A stretch of DNA of 36,189 nt from Rhodothermales bacterium (GTDB lineage: Bacteria > Bacteroidota > Rhodothermia > Rhodothermales > VXPQ01). Position numbers and translations under genes: made by a program. The notes under the pieces were generated by a model that worked only from the letters and a program-made list of their open reading frames with translations, was not told the origin of the DNA and did not search any database. Below are positions 16,576 through 25,628 of this stretch, one piece after another. The first letter of the stretch is position 1. The number at the start of each line of letters is the position of its first letter. The stretch covers positions 6,188 through 42,376 of the forward strand of contig JBBDTI010000061.1 in NCBI GenBank assembly GCA_040904565.1, written 5' to 3'.

Positions 16576-18432
16576 ATGCGCCGTGCAGCCCACCTGCCCA
16601 AATCCGTGAAGCCTACCGTTACGCGCACCGCCGTCTGCCTGCTCCTGGCCGCGCTCCTGACCGGCTGCGGAAGCACCCGCTCCATCAGCGATTCGGCGGC
16701 GGCCCTCGAGCCTCTCGAATACGTCGTCGACCTCAACGACTTGTCAGGCGACTCATTTAAAGTCACCCTCGCGGTTGACGATCTCGATGCATCCAATGCC
16801 GTCTACCAGTTCGCCGCCACGGCACCGGGAACGTACCAGGTGATGGACATCGGGCGCTACGTTCGAAGCTTCGAAGCCGTCGACGCGGACGGAAACGTAA
16901 TTCCATCCGAGCGCATTTCGACGAACCAGTGGCGCATCGGGGACCCCGAATCCGTCGCCCAGATCCGGTACGCCGTGGCCGAGACGTGGGATACACCGGT
17001 CGACGAGCACCCGATCTACCGCATGGCGGGCACGTCGCTCGAAGAGGACCACGCCCTGTTCAACAACCAGGCCGTATTCGGCTTTCCGGCCGGCATGCAG
17101 CAGCGGCCCGTCCGCATCCGCCTCGACCAGCCCGAGCCGTGGGTCGCCGGCACGGCGCTGGAAACGGACGACACGGGATATTACCTGGCGGAAGATTATG
17201 ACCACCTCGTCGATTCGCCGATACTGACCGGTCGCCTGAGCGTGGCCTCAACGGAGGTGAGTGGCGGCGACGTCGGCATCTACACCTATTCAGCAACCGA
17301 TCGGGTAGAATCGGACGAGATCCTGGAGTCGGTACACTCCATTCTGACCGCAGCCGGTACGTACCTGGGTGAGCTGCCCGTCGACCGGTACACGTTTCTC
17401 TTCCATTTCGAAGATCAGAACGTGGGTGCGCTCGAGCATTCCTACAGCTCTACGTATGCGCTGGCCGAGAACACATTCGATCAGATGATCGATGCAGCGA
17501 TACCGGACATCGTCGCCCATGAGTTCCTGCACGTGGTTACCCCGCTCAACATCCACAGCGAGGTCATCGAGCAGTTCAATTTCGTGGAGCCGACCCCTTC
17601 GGAGCACGTCTGGCTGTACGAGGGCGTGACCGAGTGGATGTCGCACGCATCGCAGCTGCGAGCCGGGTTGATCGACGAATCGGAGTACCTGGACCGCATG
17701 TCGGGCAAGCTGCGCAACAACGACCAGTACGACCCCGACTTCAGCCTGAGCGACATCGGCCTCCACTCATTCTCGGAGAAAGGCCAGCAGGAGTGGGGCA
17801 ACATCTACCAGCGTGGAGCCGTCGTGGCGGAGCTGCTTAACATCCGGCTGCTCGCGCTGTCGGACGGCCGCCGTGGACTTCGGGAGGTCGTCCTCGAGCT
17901 GTCGGAGGAATACGGCCCAAACAGACCGTTCGACGAAAGGACCTTCTTCGATGCGTTCACGGCGATGACGTATCCTGAAATTGGCCCCTTCCTCGACGCC
18001 TACGTGCGCGGCACGCAGGAGCTGCCCGTCGAGGAGACGTTCGGCTTGATCGGCGTCGACTACGTGGCCGAGGAGAACACGGGGGAGACGGTCGTTCTGC
18101 TCGGGGTGCGGTTCGGCGTGGATGGCGATCGGCTCGTGCTGGCGAGCGTAGAGGGCGCGGCAGCGGAATGCGGCTTTCAGCAGGGCGACGTACTCGTATC
18201 GTTCGACGATGAGACCGTCACGGTGCGAAACGCGCAGCAGGTTATAGGTGGTCTTCAGGCGATGGGTCCCGACGAACCATTCACCATGACCGTTCTCGGC
18301 GATGACGGAGAACAGACGATTCCGTGTGCGAAACAGGAAATCGACCGCATCGAACGTCACGTCCTGCGCATCGACCCGGACGCACCGGATGAGGCTGAGG
18401 CGCTGCGCTGGGCGTGGTCGAGCCGGCTGTAA
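16576..18432 (+). CDS. M61 family glycyl aminopeptidase-like lipoprotein with PDZ domain
   Basis: Lipobox LLTGC; PGTY, DHLVDSPI, GALEH, AHEFLH (HExxH), WLYEGVTEW, YQRG; C-terminal PDZ-like GFQQGDVLVSFD. Confidence 0.88.
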   Translation: MRRAAHLPKSVKPTVTRTAVCLLLAALLTGCGSTRSISDSAAALEPLEYVVDLNDLSGDSFKVTLAVDDLDASNAVYQFAATAPGTYQVMDIGRYVRSFEAVDADGNVIPSERISTNQWRIGDPESVAQIRYAVAETWDTPVDEHPIYRMAGTSLEEDHALFNNQAVFGFPAGMQQRPVRIRLDQPEPWVAGTALETDDTGYYLAEDYDHLVDSPILTGRLSVASTEVSGGDVGIYTYSATDRVESDEILESVHSILTAAGTYLGELPVDRYTFLFHFEDQNVGALEHSYSSTYALAENTFDQMIDAAIPDIVAHEFLHVVTPLNIHSEVIEQFNFVEPTPSEHVWLYEGVTEWMSHASQLRAGLIDESEYLDRMSGKLRNNDQYDPDFSLSDIGLHSFSEKGQQEWGNIYQRGAVVAELLNIRLLALSDGRRGLREVVLELSEEYGPNRPFDERTFFDAFTAMTYPEIGPFLDAYVRGTQELPVEETFGLIGVDYVAEENTGETVVLLGVRFGVDGDRLVLASVEGAAAECGFQQGDVLVSFDDETVTVRNAQQVIGGLQAMGPDEPFTMTVLGDDGEQTIPCAKQEIDRIERHVLRIDPDAPDEAEALRWAWSSRL

Positions 18433-18531
18433 GCCCGTGAATGCACGCGGTCAGTTTACCATCGCGCGGGAACCATAACCCCGCGGAAACTATCGACGCA
18501 ATCCGTTCGACATCAGGTAAGTGAGCGCGGC

Positions 18532-19752
18532 ATGCCCAGATTTTTCAGCCTCCTGATCGTACTGCTGGTTGCGGCGTCACCGCTGCAGGCGCAGCGAATC
18601 ACCGAACTCGACGCGTTGATGCACGGCGAGATCGAGGCGGGACACATCCCCGGTGCCGTTCTCCAGATCGTTCAGGGAGATGGGGTGCTCCACCAGGCCG
18701 CATACGGCTACGCCCAGCGTTACGGGTACGGGATGCAGCCGCTCGATCCGCCCGATACGATGACGACGGATCACCTCTTCGACCTGGCATCGCTCACGAA
18801 GGTGCTCGGGACCACGTTCGGCGTCATGCTGCTCGTGGATCGCGGTTTGATCGACCTGGATGCGCCCGTCCGCACGTACCTGCCGGAGTTCGCAGGCGGA
18901 AAGAAATCCGCCGTCACCGTGCGCCACCTCCTCACGCATACGGCCGGACTCGCACAGTGGCTGCCCCTTTATTACCACGCATCGACGAAAACCGAGACGT
19001 ACGAAACGATCGCCCGGCTTCCCCTCTCCTTCGACGTCGGCAAGGAACGCCGGTACAGCGACCTCGGCTTTATGCTGCTGGGCTGTCTCGTCGAACGGGT
19101 GACCGATAGGCCCCTCGACCGCTTCCTCCACGACGAGCTATTCGGGCCGCTCGGCCTCGAGAGAACCACCTTTACGCCGCTGGCGCACGGCGTCGAGGCA
19201 GCTGCCATCGCCGCGACATCGCACGGCAACCCTTTCGAGCGCCGGATGGTCTACGACGACGACTTCGGCTATCAGGTCGACGTGGATCCGGCGTCTTGGG
19301 ATGCATGGCGTGAATACACGCTGCGCGGCGAGGTAAACGACGGCAACGCGTACCATGCGAACGAGGGAGTGGCCGGACACGCAGGCCTCTTTTCTACCGT
19401 CGACGACGTACGGACGCTACTCGATCTGCTCCTCCATAAAGGGCGACACGGCGACGAGCAGATCCTGAGCCGCGACGTTGTCCACACCTTCTTTCGTCGG
19501 GATCACACCGGCAACGGACTTGGATGGATGATGGACCCCGCTATCATTCCCGCGGTCGGCACCCCGGACGGCACATTCGGACATACGGGTTTTACGGGCA
19601 CGTACGTGGCGGTCATCCCCGAACTCGACGTCACCATCATCCTGCTCACGAACCGGCAAAATGTGGGGACGCAAGGCGACGGTACGTATCATAACCTGAA
19701 TCCGACGAGGCAGCGCGTGGTAGACGTGGTGCTCGAGCTGGCGACAAAATGA
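18532..19752 (+). CDS. Secreted serine hydrolase, beta-lactamase class C fold (AmiE/YbbE-like)
   Basis: FDLASLTK (SxxK), LLTHTAG, YSDLGF, GEVNDGNA, GVAGHAGLFST, FGHTGFTG; signal peptide. Confidence 0.87.
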   Translation: MPRFFSLLIVLLVAASPLQAQRITELDALMHGEIEAGHIPGAVLQIVQGDGVLHQAAYGYAQRYGYGMQPLDPPDTMTTDHLFDLASLTKVLGTTFGVMLLVDRGLIDLDAPVRTYLPEFAGGKKSAVTVRHLLTHTAGLAQWLPLYYHASTKTETYETIARLPLSFDVGKERRYSDLGFMLLGCLVERVTDRPLDRFLHDELFGPLGLERTTFTPLAHGVEAAAIAATSHGNPFERRMVYDDDFGYQVDVDPASWDAWREYTLRGEVNDGNAYHANEGVAGHAGLFSTVDDVRTLLDLLLHKGRHGDEQILSRDVVHTFFRRDHTGNGLGWMMDPAIIPAVGTPDGTFGHTGFTGTYVAVIPELDVTIILLTNRQNVGTQGDGTYHNLNPTRQRVVDVVLELATK

Positions 19753-20417
19753 CGCCCTCGCCGCTGGCGGGATCGACTGCACTCATCCTTCCATTCAACC
19801 TATCTGACGACGCAGCTGCTTTGACGCCGATCGCACCCGTCATCCCGCTGCTTCTTGCACTGGCCCTTTCGGACGGGCGGGAGCTGGACGACGTTGAACT
19901 GGCCCGTCGAATACGCGGGGGCGACAGGGTGGCGTTTCGTGCGTTTTTCGAACGCTATCACGGGATCCTCTACGGCTACCTCCGCCGGCGCGGCGTCGGT
20001 CCGGCCGTCTGCGAAGACCTGGCGCAGCAAGCCTTCGTAAAGATCTGGGAACGGCGCGAAGACATCCAGCCGGGGAAATCGCTGCGCGCATTTCTGTTCA
20101 AGATCAGCTACAATCGGGCACTCAATCATTTCAGGGATACGGCCAAGTTTACCGATGACGCGAAACTGCACGAACGTTCTTCAGGCGCCGACCCCGAGGC
20201 ACGCGCGGAGTATGCGCTCATGCAGGAACATCTCTACAAGACCGTCGAGGAGCTGCCCGAGCGGCGGCGTGCCGTATTCGAACTCTGCTTTCTCGAGGAT
20301 CTAACGTATCGCGAGGCGGCCGAGGCGCTCGACATCAGCGTAAAAACGGTCGAAAACCAGATGAGCTCCGCCCTGAAAGTGCTGCGAGCGGCCTTCGAGC
20401 ATTTCAATGACCCGTAG
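19749..20417 (+). CDS. ECF RNA polymerase sigma-70 factor (FecI-like)
   Basis: Region 2 EDLAQQAFVKIW..FLFKISYNRALN; region 4 LPERRRAVFEL..LTYREAAEALDISVKTVENQM; start uncertain (19749 or TTG 19821). Confidence 0.92.
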   Translation: MTPSPLAGSTALILPFNLSDDAAALTPIAPVIPLLLALALSDGRELDDVELARRIRGGDRVAFRAFFERYHGILYGYLRRRGVGPAVCEDLAQQAFVKIWERREDIQPGKSLRAFLFKISYNRALNHFRDTAKFTDDAKLHERSSGADPEARAEYALMQEHLYKTVEELPERRRAVFELCFLEDLTYREAAEALDISVKTVENQMSSALKVLRAAFEHFNDP

Positions 20418-20453
20418 GGTGCTCGAGTAGACCGACCGAATGCGGGGCGGGAT

Positions 20454-20480
20454 AGGGGTGCTCCACTCCGTGATGTGTAT
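20454..20480 (+). promoter_or_regulatory. Candidate ECF-sigma promoter between sigma gene and lipoprotein
   Basis: AGGGG (20454-20458) ... TGTGTAT (20474-20480); resembles, from memory, motifs downstream of Bacteroidota FecI-type sigma genes. Confidence 0.3.
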
Positions 20481-20512
20481 GGGCTTTGAAGGTTCGTACA
20501 CAATAATCACGA

Positions 20513-21652
20513 ATGGACAAGACCATGATATTATCCGTCCTGAGAACCCAATCCGTCCGCCTCGCAGCCGCCTTGCTTTTGGCGGGATTCGTGCTGACGG
20601 GCTGCGAAGCACCGACCTCGGCCCTGATCGACGCAGAAACGTCCTCGACGCTGGAGGAAGCGGCGCTGTCGACCGCCGATCTGACGATGACCCTCACGCA
20701 GGAGTTGAACCTGACGCCCGAACAGCAGGCATCCATTCACGCCGATATGCAGCGGCATGGCTCGCCGGACGTGACACCGGGCAACCTGTGGTACCTCTCG
20801 GCACGCCTCCAGGGGTATTTAGACGAGCGGCAGAAGGAAAAACTATTTCGGATCGCCTCGCGCCTCGACGACCGCCAACTGCATAAGCTCGTCGGCGTAT
20901 ACGCTCCCTGCATCATCGAACGTCCGGGAGATGAGGACCGTCCACGCCCGATTCGATTTCACCTGATCGCCGACCTGCTCTCCGACGAGCAGCGATCGCA
21001 GATCGAGGAGATCCGCGCGAGCTACAGCGCCCGGATTCGAGCGCTGAACGAAGAGGTGCAGGAGGGTACGTTGACGCGGGAGGGAGCGGTCGAACAGATT
21101 CGCTCGCTGCACGAAGCCGCCGAAGCTGAGATCCGCGCGATCCTGAGCGACGACCAGATCGCCGCCCTCGAGGAGCGCGAGGCCGCCCGCGGCCGGCATC
21201 CGGAGAATCACGTGCAGTTCAACAGGGACGCGATGATCGCGGCACTCGACCTGCGCGACGTGCAGGTTGCTGAACTCGATGCGCTGCATCGCACGCAGTG
21301 CGAGGCGCTCGAAGCGCTGGTGCGCGAGTTGCACGCTGAAGAGATCACGCGCGATGCGTTCAAGGAAGGACTCGAGCGGCTTGTGCGTGCTAAACTATCA
21401 TCGTACGATGAGATCATGAACGAGGATCAGTTCACGACGTCGAAGATCCACGACGCCCTGGTGATCGTGAATGCGCGGCGCTACGTGAACCACGTGGCCG
21501 GGGTCGGTGCCGGCCGGCCCGGCGGACCCCACATGGGACGTCCGCATGCAGGCCGCCCGCACGGCGACGACGCGACCGCCGCGCGTCCGGCGAACCCTCC
21601 GCACGGTCGCCCCGGCTTCCAGGCCGAGGGATCGGATAGCTCCGACTCCTGA
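20513..21652 (+). CDS. All-alpha lipoprotein with Spy/CpxP-like LTxxQ repeats and His/Pro/Gly tail
   Basis: Lipobox VLTGC; LNLTPEQQ, LDERQ, LLSDEQR, ILSDDQ, IMNEDQ repeats; tail GRPGGPHMGRPHAGRPHG. Confidence 0.7.
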   Translation: MDKTMILSVLRTQSVRLAAALLLAGFVLTGCEAPTSALIDAETSSTLEEAALSTADLTMTLTQELNLTPEQQASIHADMQRHGSPDVTPGNLWYLSARLQGYLDERQKEKLFRIASRLDDRQLHKLVGVYAPCIIERPGDEDRPRPIRFHLIADLLSDEQRSQIEEIRASYSARIRALNEEVQEGTLTREGAVEQIRSLHEAAEAEIRAILSDDQIAALEEREAARGRHPENHVQFNRDAMIAALDLRDVQVAELDALHRTQCEALEALVRELHAEEITRDAFKEGLERLVRAKLSSYDEIMNEDQFTTSKIHDALVIVNARRYVNHVAGVGAGRPGGPHMGRPHAGRPHGDDATAARPANPPHGRPGFQAEGSDSSDS

Positions 21653-21692
21653 TCCGTCGTATCAGACATCCACCACCACGCCCGCCACACGA

Positions 21693-22685
21693 ATGACCGA
21701 CGATCCAAACACACCGCGAGATGACAGGGATGTGGACCTGGCTCGTCGTATCGGGGAGGGACTGGAAGAAGGCGCAGCGGCTGATACGCGCCCGACGCCG
21801 GACGACGGGCCTTTCTTCGGGTCGTTGATGGAGATGAAGCGGCTGGAAGACGCCCGGCGGGATCGGCCCAGTGAGGAAGCGGCCCAGCGCGTATGGGCCC
21901 GCGTCGACGACGCTACACGCTCGACGCGCATTCGACCCGACCGTTCGGCCGTGCGTCGATCCGACCGTCGAACACCTCGCTGGGTCTGGCTGTCGGCCGC
22001 GGCGGCCGTGCTTGCCTTCGCCGTCGTGACGATGCTCACGCTCCGCACTCCCGAGCCGGTGCTGGTAGCCCGCGCCGGCGCCGCATCCATCGAGTTCACA
22101 ACCGAAGACGGGTCCCTCGTCACGCTGCGGGCACATTCCGACCTCTATCGGCTGGATGCACCGGATGCCGGCGCCCGGTACCGCCTCGAAGGCGAAGCGT
22201 TTTTCGACGTCACCGAGCGCAGCACGGGTACGTTTGCGGTCGAGGCCGGGACGGCGGTCGTGGAGGTGCTCGGGACGCGCTTCAACCTGAGCACGTGGAG
22301 CGGTGAAACGTCGGTATACCTCGAAGAAGGTCGTATTCGCTTCGTTCACGCGGCGAGTGGCCGTGAGGTCGTGTTGCAACCGGGTCAGTCGAGCCGGACG
22401 ATCACGGACGGCGTCCTGGATCCGATGGACGACGTGCCGGACATGCACGTGGATTGGCTCGCCGGTGCGATCGAGTTCGATCAACAACCCGTTCGTGTGG
22501 TCGCAGCGGAGCTGGAACAGCATTATGACATCGCCATCGAGATACCGGATACGATGGCGGACGAGACCCTTTCTGGGCGTGTCTTGCTCGGAAGCGTCGA
22601 AGAGAGCCTGGAAGATCTCGGCCTGGCCCTGGGCGGCCGATTTATACCGGCCGGGCCCGATGTCTATCGCTTCGAGTCCCAGTAG
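21693..22685 (+). CDS. FecR family anti-sigma factor
   Basis: Single TM WVWLSAAAAVLAFAVV; DGSLVTL, LEGEAFFDV, VEVLGTRFN, LEEGRI, LQPGQ; C-terminal LEQHYDIAI; start ATG 21693. Confidence 0.9.
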   Translation: MTDDPNTPRDDRDVDLARRIGEGLEEGAAADTRPTPDDGPFFGSLMEMKRLEDARRDRPSEEAAQRVWARVDDATRSTRIRPDRSAVRRSDRRTPRWVWLSAAAAVLAFAVVTMLTLRTPEPVLVARAGAASIEFTTEDGSLVTLRAHSDLYRLDAPDAGARYRLEGEAFFDVTERSTGTFAVEAGTAVVEVLGTRFNLSTWSGETSVYLEEGRIRFVHAASGREVVLQPGQSSRTITDGVLDPMDDVPDMHVDWLAGAIEFDQQPVRVVAAELEQHYDIAIEIPDTMADETLSGRVLLGSVEESLEDLGLALGGRFIPAGPDVYRFESQ

Positions 22686-22695
22686 GTTATCTCCC

Positions 22696-25416
22696 ATGTT
22701 CGCATCCGGACAAAAAGAGCGGAAAAGCGTCGCGTGCTTTATTCTCTCGTTCATCTTGACGGTCGCGGCGATCACCCTTCCGGTAAGCGATGCATTCGGG
22801 CAGGCCGCGGACGATGCACGCGGGCAGAACGCCGGCGAACATGAATTCGCCTACGACGAAGCACCACTGCGGGACGTGCTGTCAGACGTGCGCGAGCGCG
22901 CGGGTTTTCACTTTCTCTACCGTGACGTGCTCGTGGCCGGCAAGACGGTCAGCTTCACGTCGAACGCCGAAGAGGTGCTGGCGAGGCTGAATGACGCGCT
23001 GACTGCACACGGCCTGCGGCTGCGGGTAGATGCACCGCGCAATCAGGTTCTGGTCGTGGAGGTACACGAATCCGCCGCGAACGCATCCGGTCGGCACGCA
23101 CCGATCCGGGGCGTCGTCGTGGACGACGAGCACGGCACGCGGCTTCCGTACGCGACGGTTACCTGGTACGAAGATCGCCGCCTCCGCGGAACAGCGACGG
23201 ATGCCTCCGGCCACTTTCGACTGCACGTCTCCGCCGATACGGCTGTCGACCTGTCGATCTCTCACATCGGTTATTCCACACGGCATATTCGTGTCGATGC
23301 CGACGCGGGTGCCGAGCTGATTCCCGTCCGGCTCGTCCCCGAGACGGCTTACGGTCCGGAGGTCATCGTCAGCACCGCCGCCCTGCAAAGTGAGGTCGAT
23401 ACGACCTGGCACCATCTCCTCCAGGCCGGGATCTTCTCGCCCCTCGGTGAGAGCGGCGTGATGCGCTCGCTGCAGACACTGCCGTCCGTCTCCCTTTCCA
23501 CGGCCGCCACCTCCGGCTTGAACGTACGCGGGAGCCGTGCCGACGGCTTTCAGGTGCTCCTCGACGGCATGTCGATTTACAATCAGAGCCATCTGTTCGG
23601 ACTCTTTGACGCCTTCAATGAGGATGTCCTTCAAACGGTAGGCCTCTACTACGGCATCGCGCCGGCCTCTTTGCAAGGTCCACCAGGCGGAACGCTTTCC
23701 TTCGTGACACGAACCGGATCGATGACGGGCGTGCACGGCTCGATGGGCGTCAGCAACACGTCAGGCAAGGGTACACTGGAGGGGCCGTTCGCGGGCGGAC
23801 GGGGAAGCTGGCTTATCTCGGGACGGCGCTCCTATCTGAATGCCTTCGACGGGTTCGACAACGACGCACTGATTCGACTCGGACTAGACGTCGGCCGCGA
23901 GACGGACGTACCGACCGGGCCCGTTCGCGAAGTTCCCGTTTCCGCACTTACCACGGGCGACGCCTCAGCGCACTTCTACGACGTCCACGGAAAGCTTGCG
24001 TACGAATGGGCCCCGGGCGCACGCCTTGTGGCGAGCGGGTACGTCGGCGGCGACGAGACGCTGCATCGTGCAGAACGATTCGCAAACGCCCCCCACTCGC
24101 GCGACGCCCCGCTCATAAATGCCGACACGAAGAACAGCTGGCACAACGCAGCCGCGAGCCTGCGGCTGCAGACACCTATCGGCTCGACGGCGTACGCCGA
24201 GTCGGTAGCTGGACTGAGCCGCTATCGCAGCGCTTTTTCGAAGGACGACTTCGTATATACCGATCCCACGCGCATGCTGCTGCCTCAGACCGACACATCC
24301 CACCACGTCGTTCGTCCGTTCAGCAACGAGAACGAGCTGTTGGAGCTCAAATTGGCGCAGAACATTGACGTACCGGCTTCCGGCACGACGTGGTCGGCCG
24401 GCTATGCATTCCACCACTACGCGATCGACTATCACGAACAGTCGATTCTGCGCGATGGCTTCGGCGGGACGCAGGAGAGTGCGCAGGCGGACGTCTTTGC
24501 ACAGGTGGAGGGTCGGTTCGCCTCGGAGATTGCGCTGGCTGCCGGACTTCGAACGCATTATTTCCAGCGTGGCCGGTTTTTCCGACTCTCTCCGCGGCTT
24601 CGTGTGCGCCTGTTTCCGGATCGCCGCCTATCTTTCGCTGCCGGATTCAGCCGCAACCATCAGTTCGTACATCGCCTGTACGTCGAGCAGAGTACCCATG
24701 CCGATATCTGGGTGATGAGCACGGCGGAGCAACCTCCCGGGAGTGTCGATCACGTTTCGGCGGGCACCTACCTGCAGGCTTCACCCAGGCTCCACTTTCA
24801 GGTGGAAGCCTACCGCAAGCACTTCACGAACCTCCGTGAGCACGAGGCGAGCGCGGCGCGGCGGCGCCTGCGCCCGATCAGCCCGCTGCTCGACCCGTGG
24901 CTCCATGACAATGAGGGGCGGGCGCGCGGCATCGAGATGATGGCGCGGCTGGACTTCGGCACGGTAACGTGGACAAACTCCTATACGTTGTCGGCCATGG
25001 AGCTGAGGAATCGCCGGGTCAGCGACGGAAGTTGGTATCCGGCCGACTGGGATCGCCGCCATCAGCTTACGTCCCATATGCAACTGTCAATCGGCGAGAC
25101 TCTGCAGCTCCACCTCATCTGGGCGTCCGGCAGCGGCACACCAAACGCGCTCGCCCATGCAGTACCTAGAGAACCGTCCCGCCTGCCGGCCTACCATCGG
25201 ATGGACGCCGGTCTCCGATGGCATCAAGCCGTCGGCAGCGGGACCTTCGAGGTGAAAGCAAGCGTCTTCAACGTGCTCGACCGCGCGAACACGTGGTACC
25301 GCCGCCCGGTCCCCGTCGCGACGCGGAGTCCGGCCGGCCGTCGCGTGGGCTTGATGAACGTGGATGTCTACGACCTCGGGCGGAGGCCTTCGCTGGAAAT
25401 CAGCTATTCATTCTGA
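22696..25416 (+). CDS. TonB-dependent receptor with N-terminal STN and CarboxypepD_reg-like domains
   Basis: Signal peptide; STN-like PLRDVLSDVRERAGFHFLY; IRGVVVDD..LPYATV..ISHIGY; plug LQTLPSV..LNVRG..VLLDG; RLPAYHRMD, FNVLDRAN, terminal F. Confidence 0.9.
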   Translation: MFASGQKERKSVACFILSFILTVAAITLPVSDAFGQAADDARGQNAGEHEFAYDEAPLRDVLSDVRERAGFHFLYRDVLVAGKTVSFTSNAEEVLARLNDALTAHGLRLRVDAPRNQVLVVEVHESAANASGRHAPIRGVVVDDEHGTRLPYATVTWYEDRRLRGTATDASGHFRLHVSADTAVDLSISHIGYSTRHIRVDADAGAELIPVRLVPETAYGPEVIVSTAALQSEVDTTWHHLLQAGIFSPLGESGVMRSLQTLPSVSLSTAATSGLNVRGSRADGFQVLLDGMSIYNQSHLFGLFDAFNEDVLQTVGLYYGIAPASLQGPPGGTLSFVTRTGSMTGVHGSMGVSNTSGKGTLEGPFAGGRGSWLISGRRSYLNAFDGFDNDALIRLGLDVGRETDVPTGPVREVPVSALTTGDASAHFYDVHGKLAYEWAPGARLVASGYVGGDETLHRAERFANAPHSRDAPLINADTKNSWHNAAASLRLQTPIGSTAYAESVAGLSRYRSAFSKDDFVYTDPTRMLLPQTDTSHHVVRPFSNENELLELKLAQNIDVPASGTTWSAGYAFHHYAIDYHEQSILRDGFGGTQESAQADVFAQVEGRFASEIALAAGLRTHYFQRGRFFRLSPRLRVRLFPDRRLSFAAGFSRNHQFVHRLYVEQSTHADIWVMSTAEQPPGSVDHVSAGTYLQASPRLHFQVEAYRKHFTNLREHEASAARRRLRPISPLLDPWLHDNEGRARGIEMMARLDFGTVTWTNSYTLSAMELRNRRVSDGSWYPADWDRRHQLTSHMQLSIGETLQLHLIWASGSGTPNALAHAVPREPSRLPAYHRMDAGLRWHQAVGSGTFEVKASVFNVLDRANTWYRRPVPVATRSPAGRRVGLMNVDVYDLGRRPSLEISYSF

Positions 25417-25426
25417 TCCGACTGCG

Positions 25427-25444
25427 CGCGTGCACTGGCACGCG
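25427..25444 (+). terminator. GC-rich hairpin just after the TBDR stop, possible terminator
   Basis: CGCGTGC-ACTG-GCACGCG, 7-bp stem; no U-tract. Confidence 0.3.
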
Positions 25445-25628
25445 AGGTAACTACCGCTGCTGCGCGGAGGGGAGGATTCGCACTTCTTCCCGGCGTGCCG
25501 ACCCGCGTCCACCACCCCGGATTTTTCCAGGGGCTGGGAGGCATCGGCTATCAGTATCTCCGCCTGGACGCACCGGACCGCTTTCCGTCGATCCTCACGT
25601 GGAATCAATCGTAGTCTACGACCTGCAC

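Noticed and set aside
18532-19752. Beta-lactamase resistance gene
   Set aside because: Has YSD and HTG rather than the AmpC YxN/KTG motifs; fits the esterase/amidase members of the fold
22696-25416. SusC of a polysaccharide utilisation locus
   Set aside because: No SusD gene follows and I saw no SusC-specific signature
25609-25621. Palindrome TCGTAG-T-CTACGA before the esterase
   Set aside because: Single 6-bp-arm palindrome, plausible by chance and without other support
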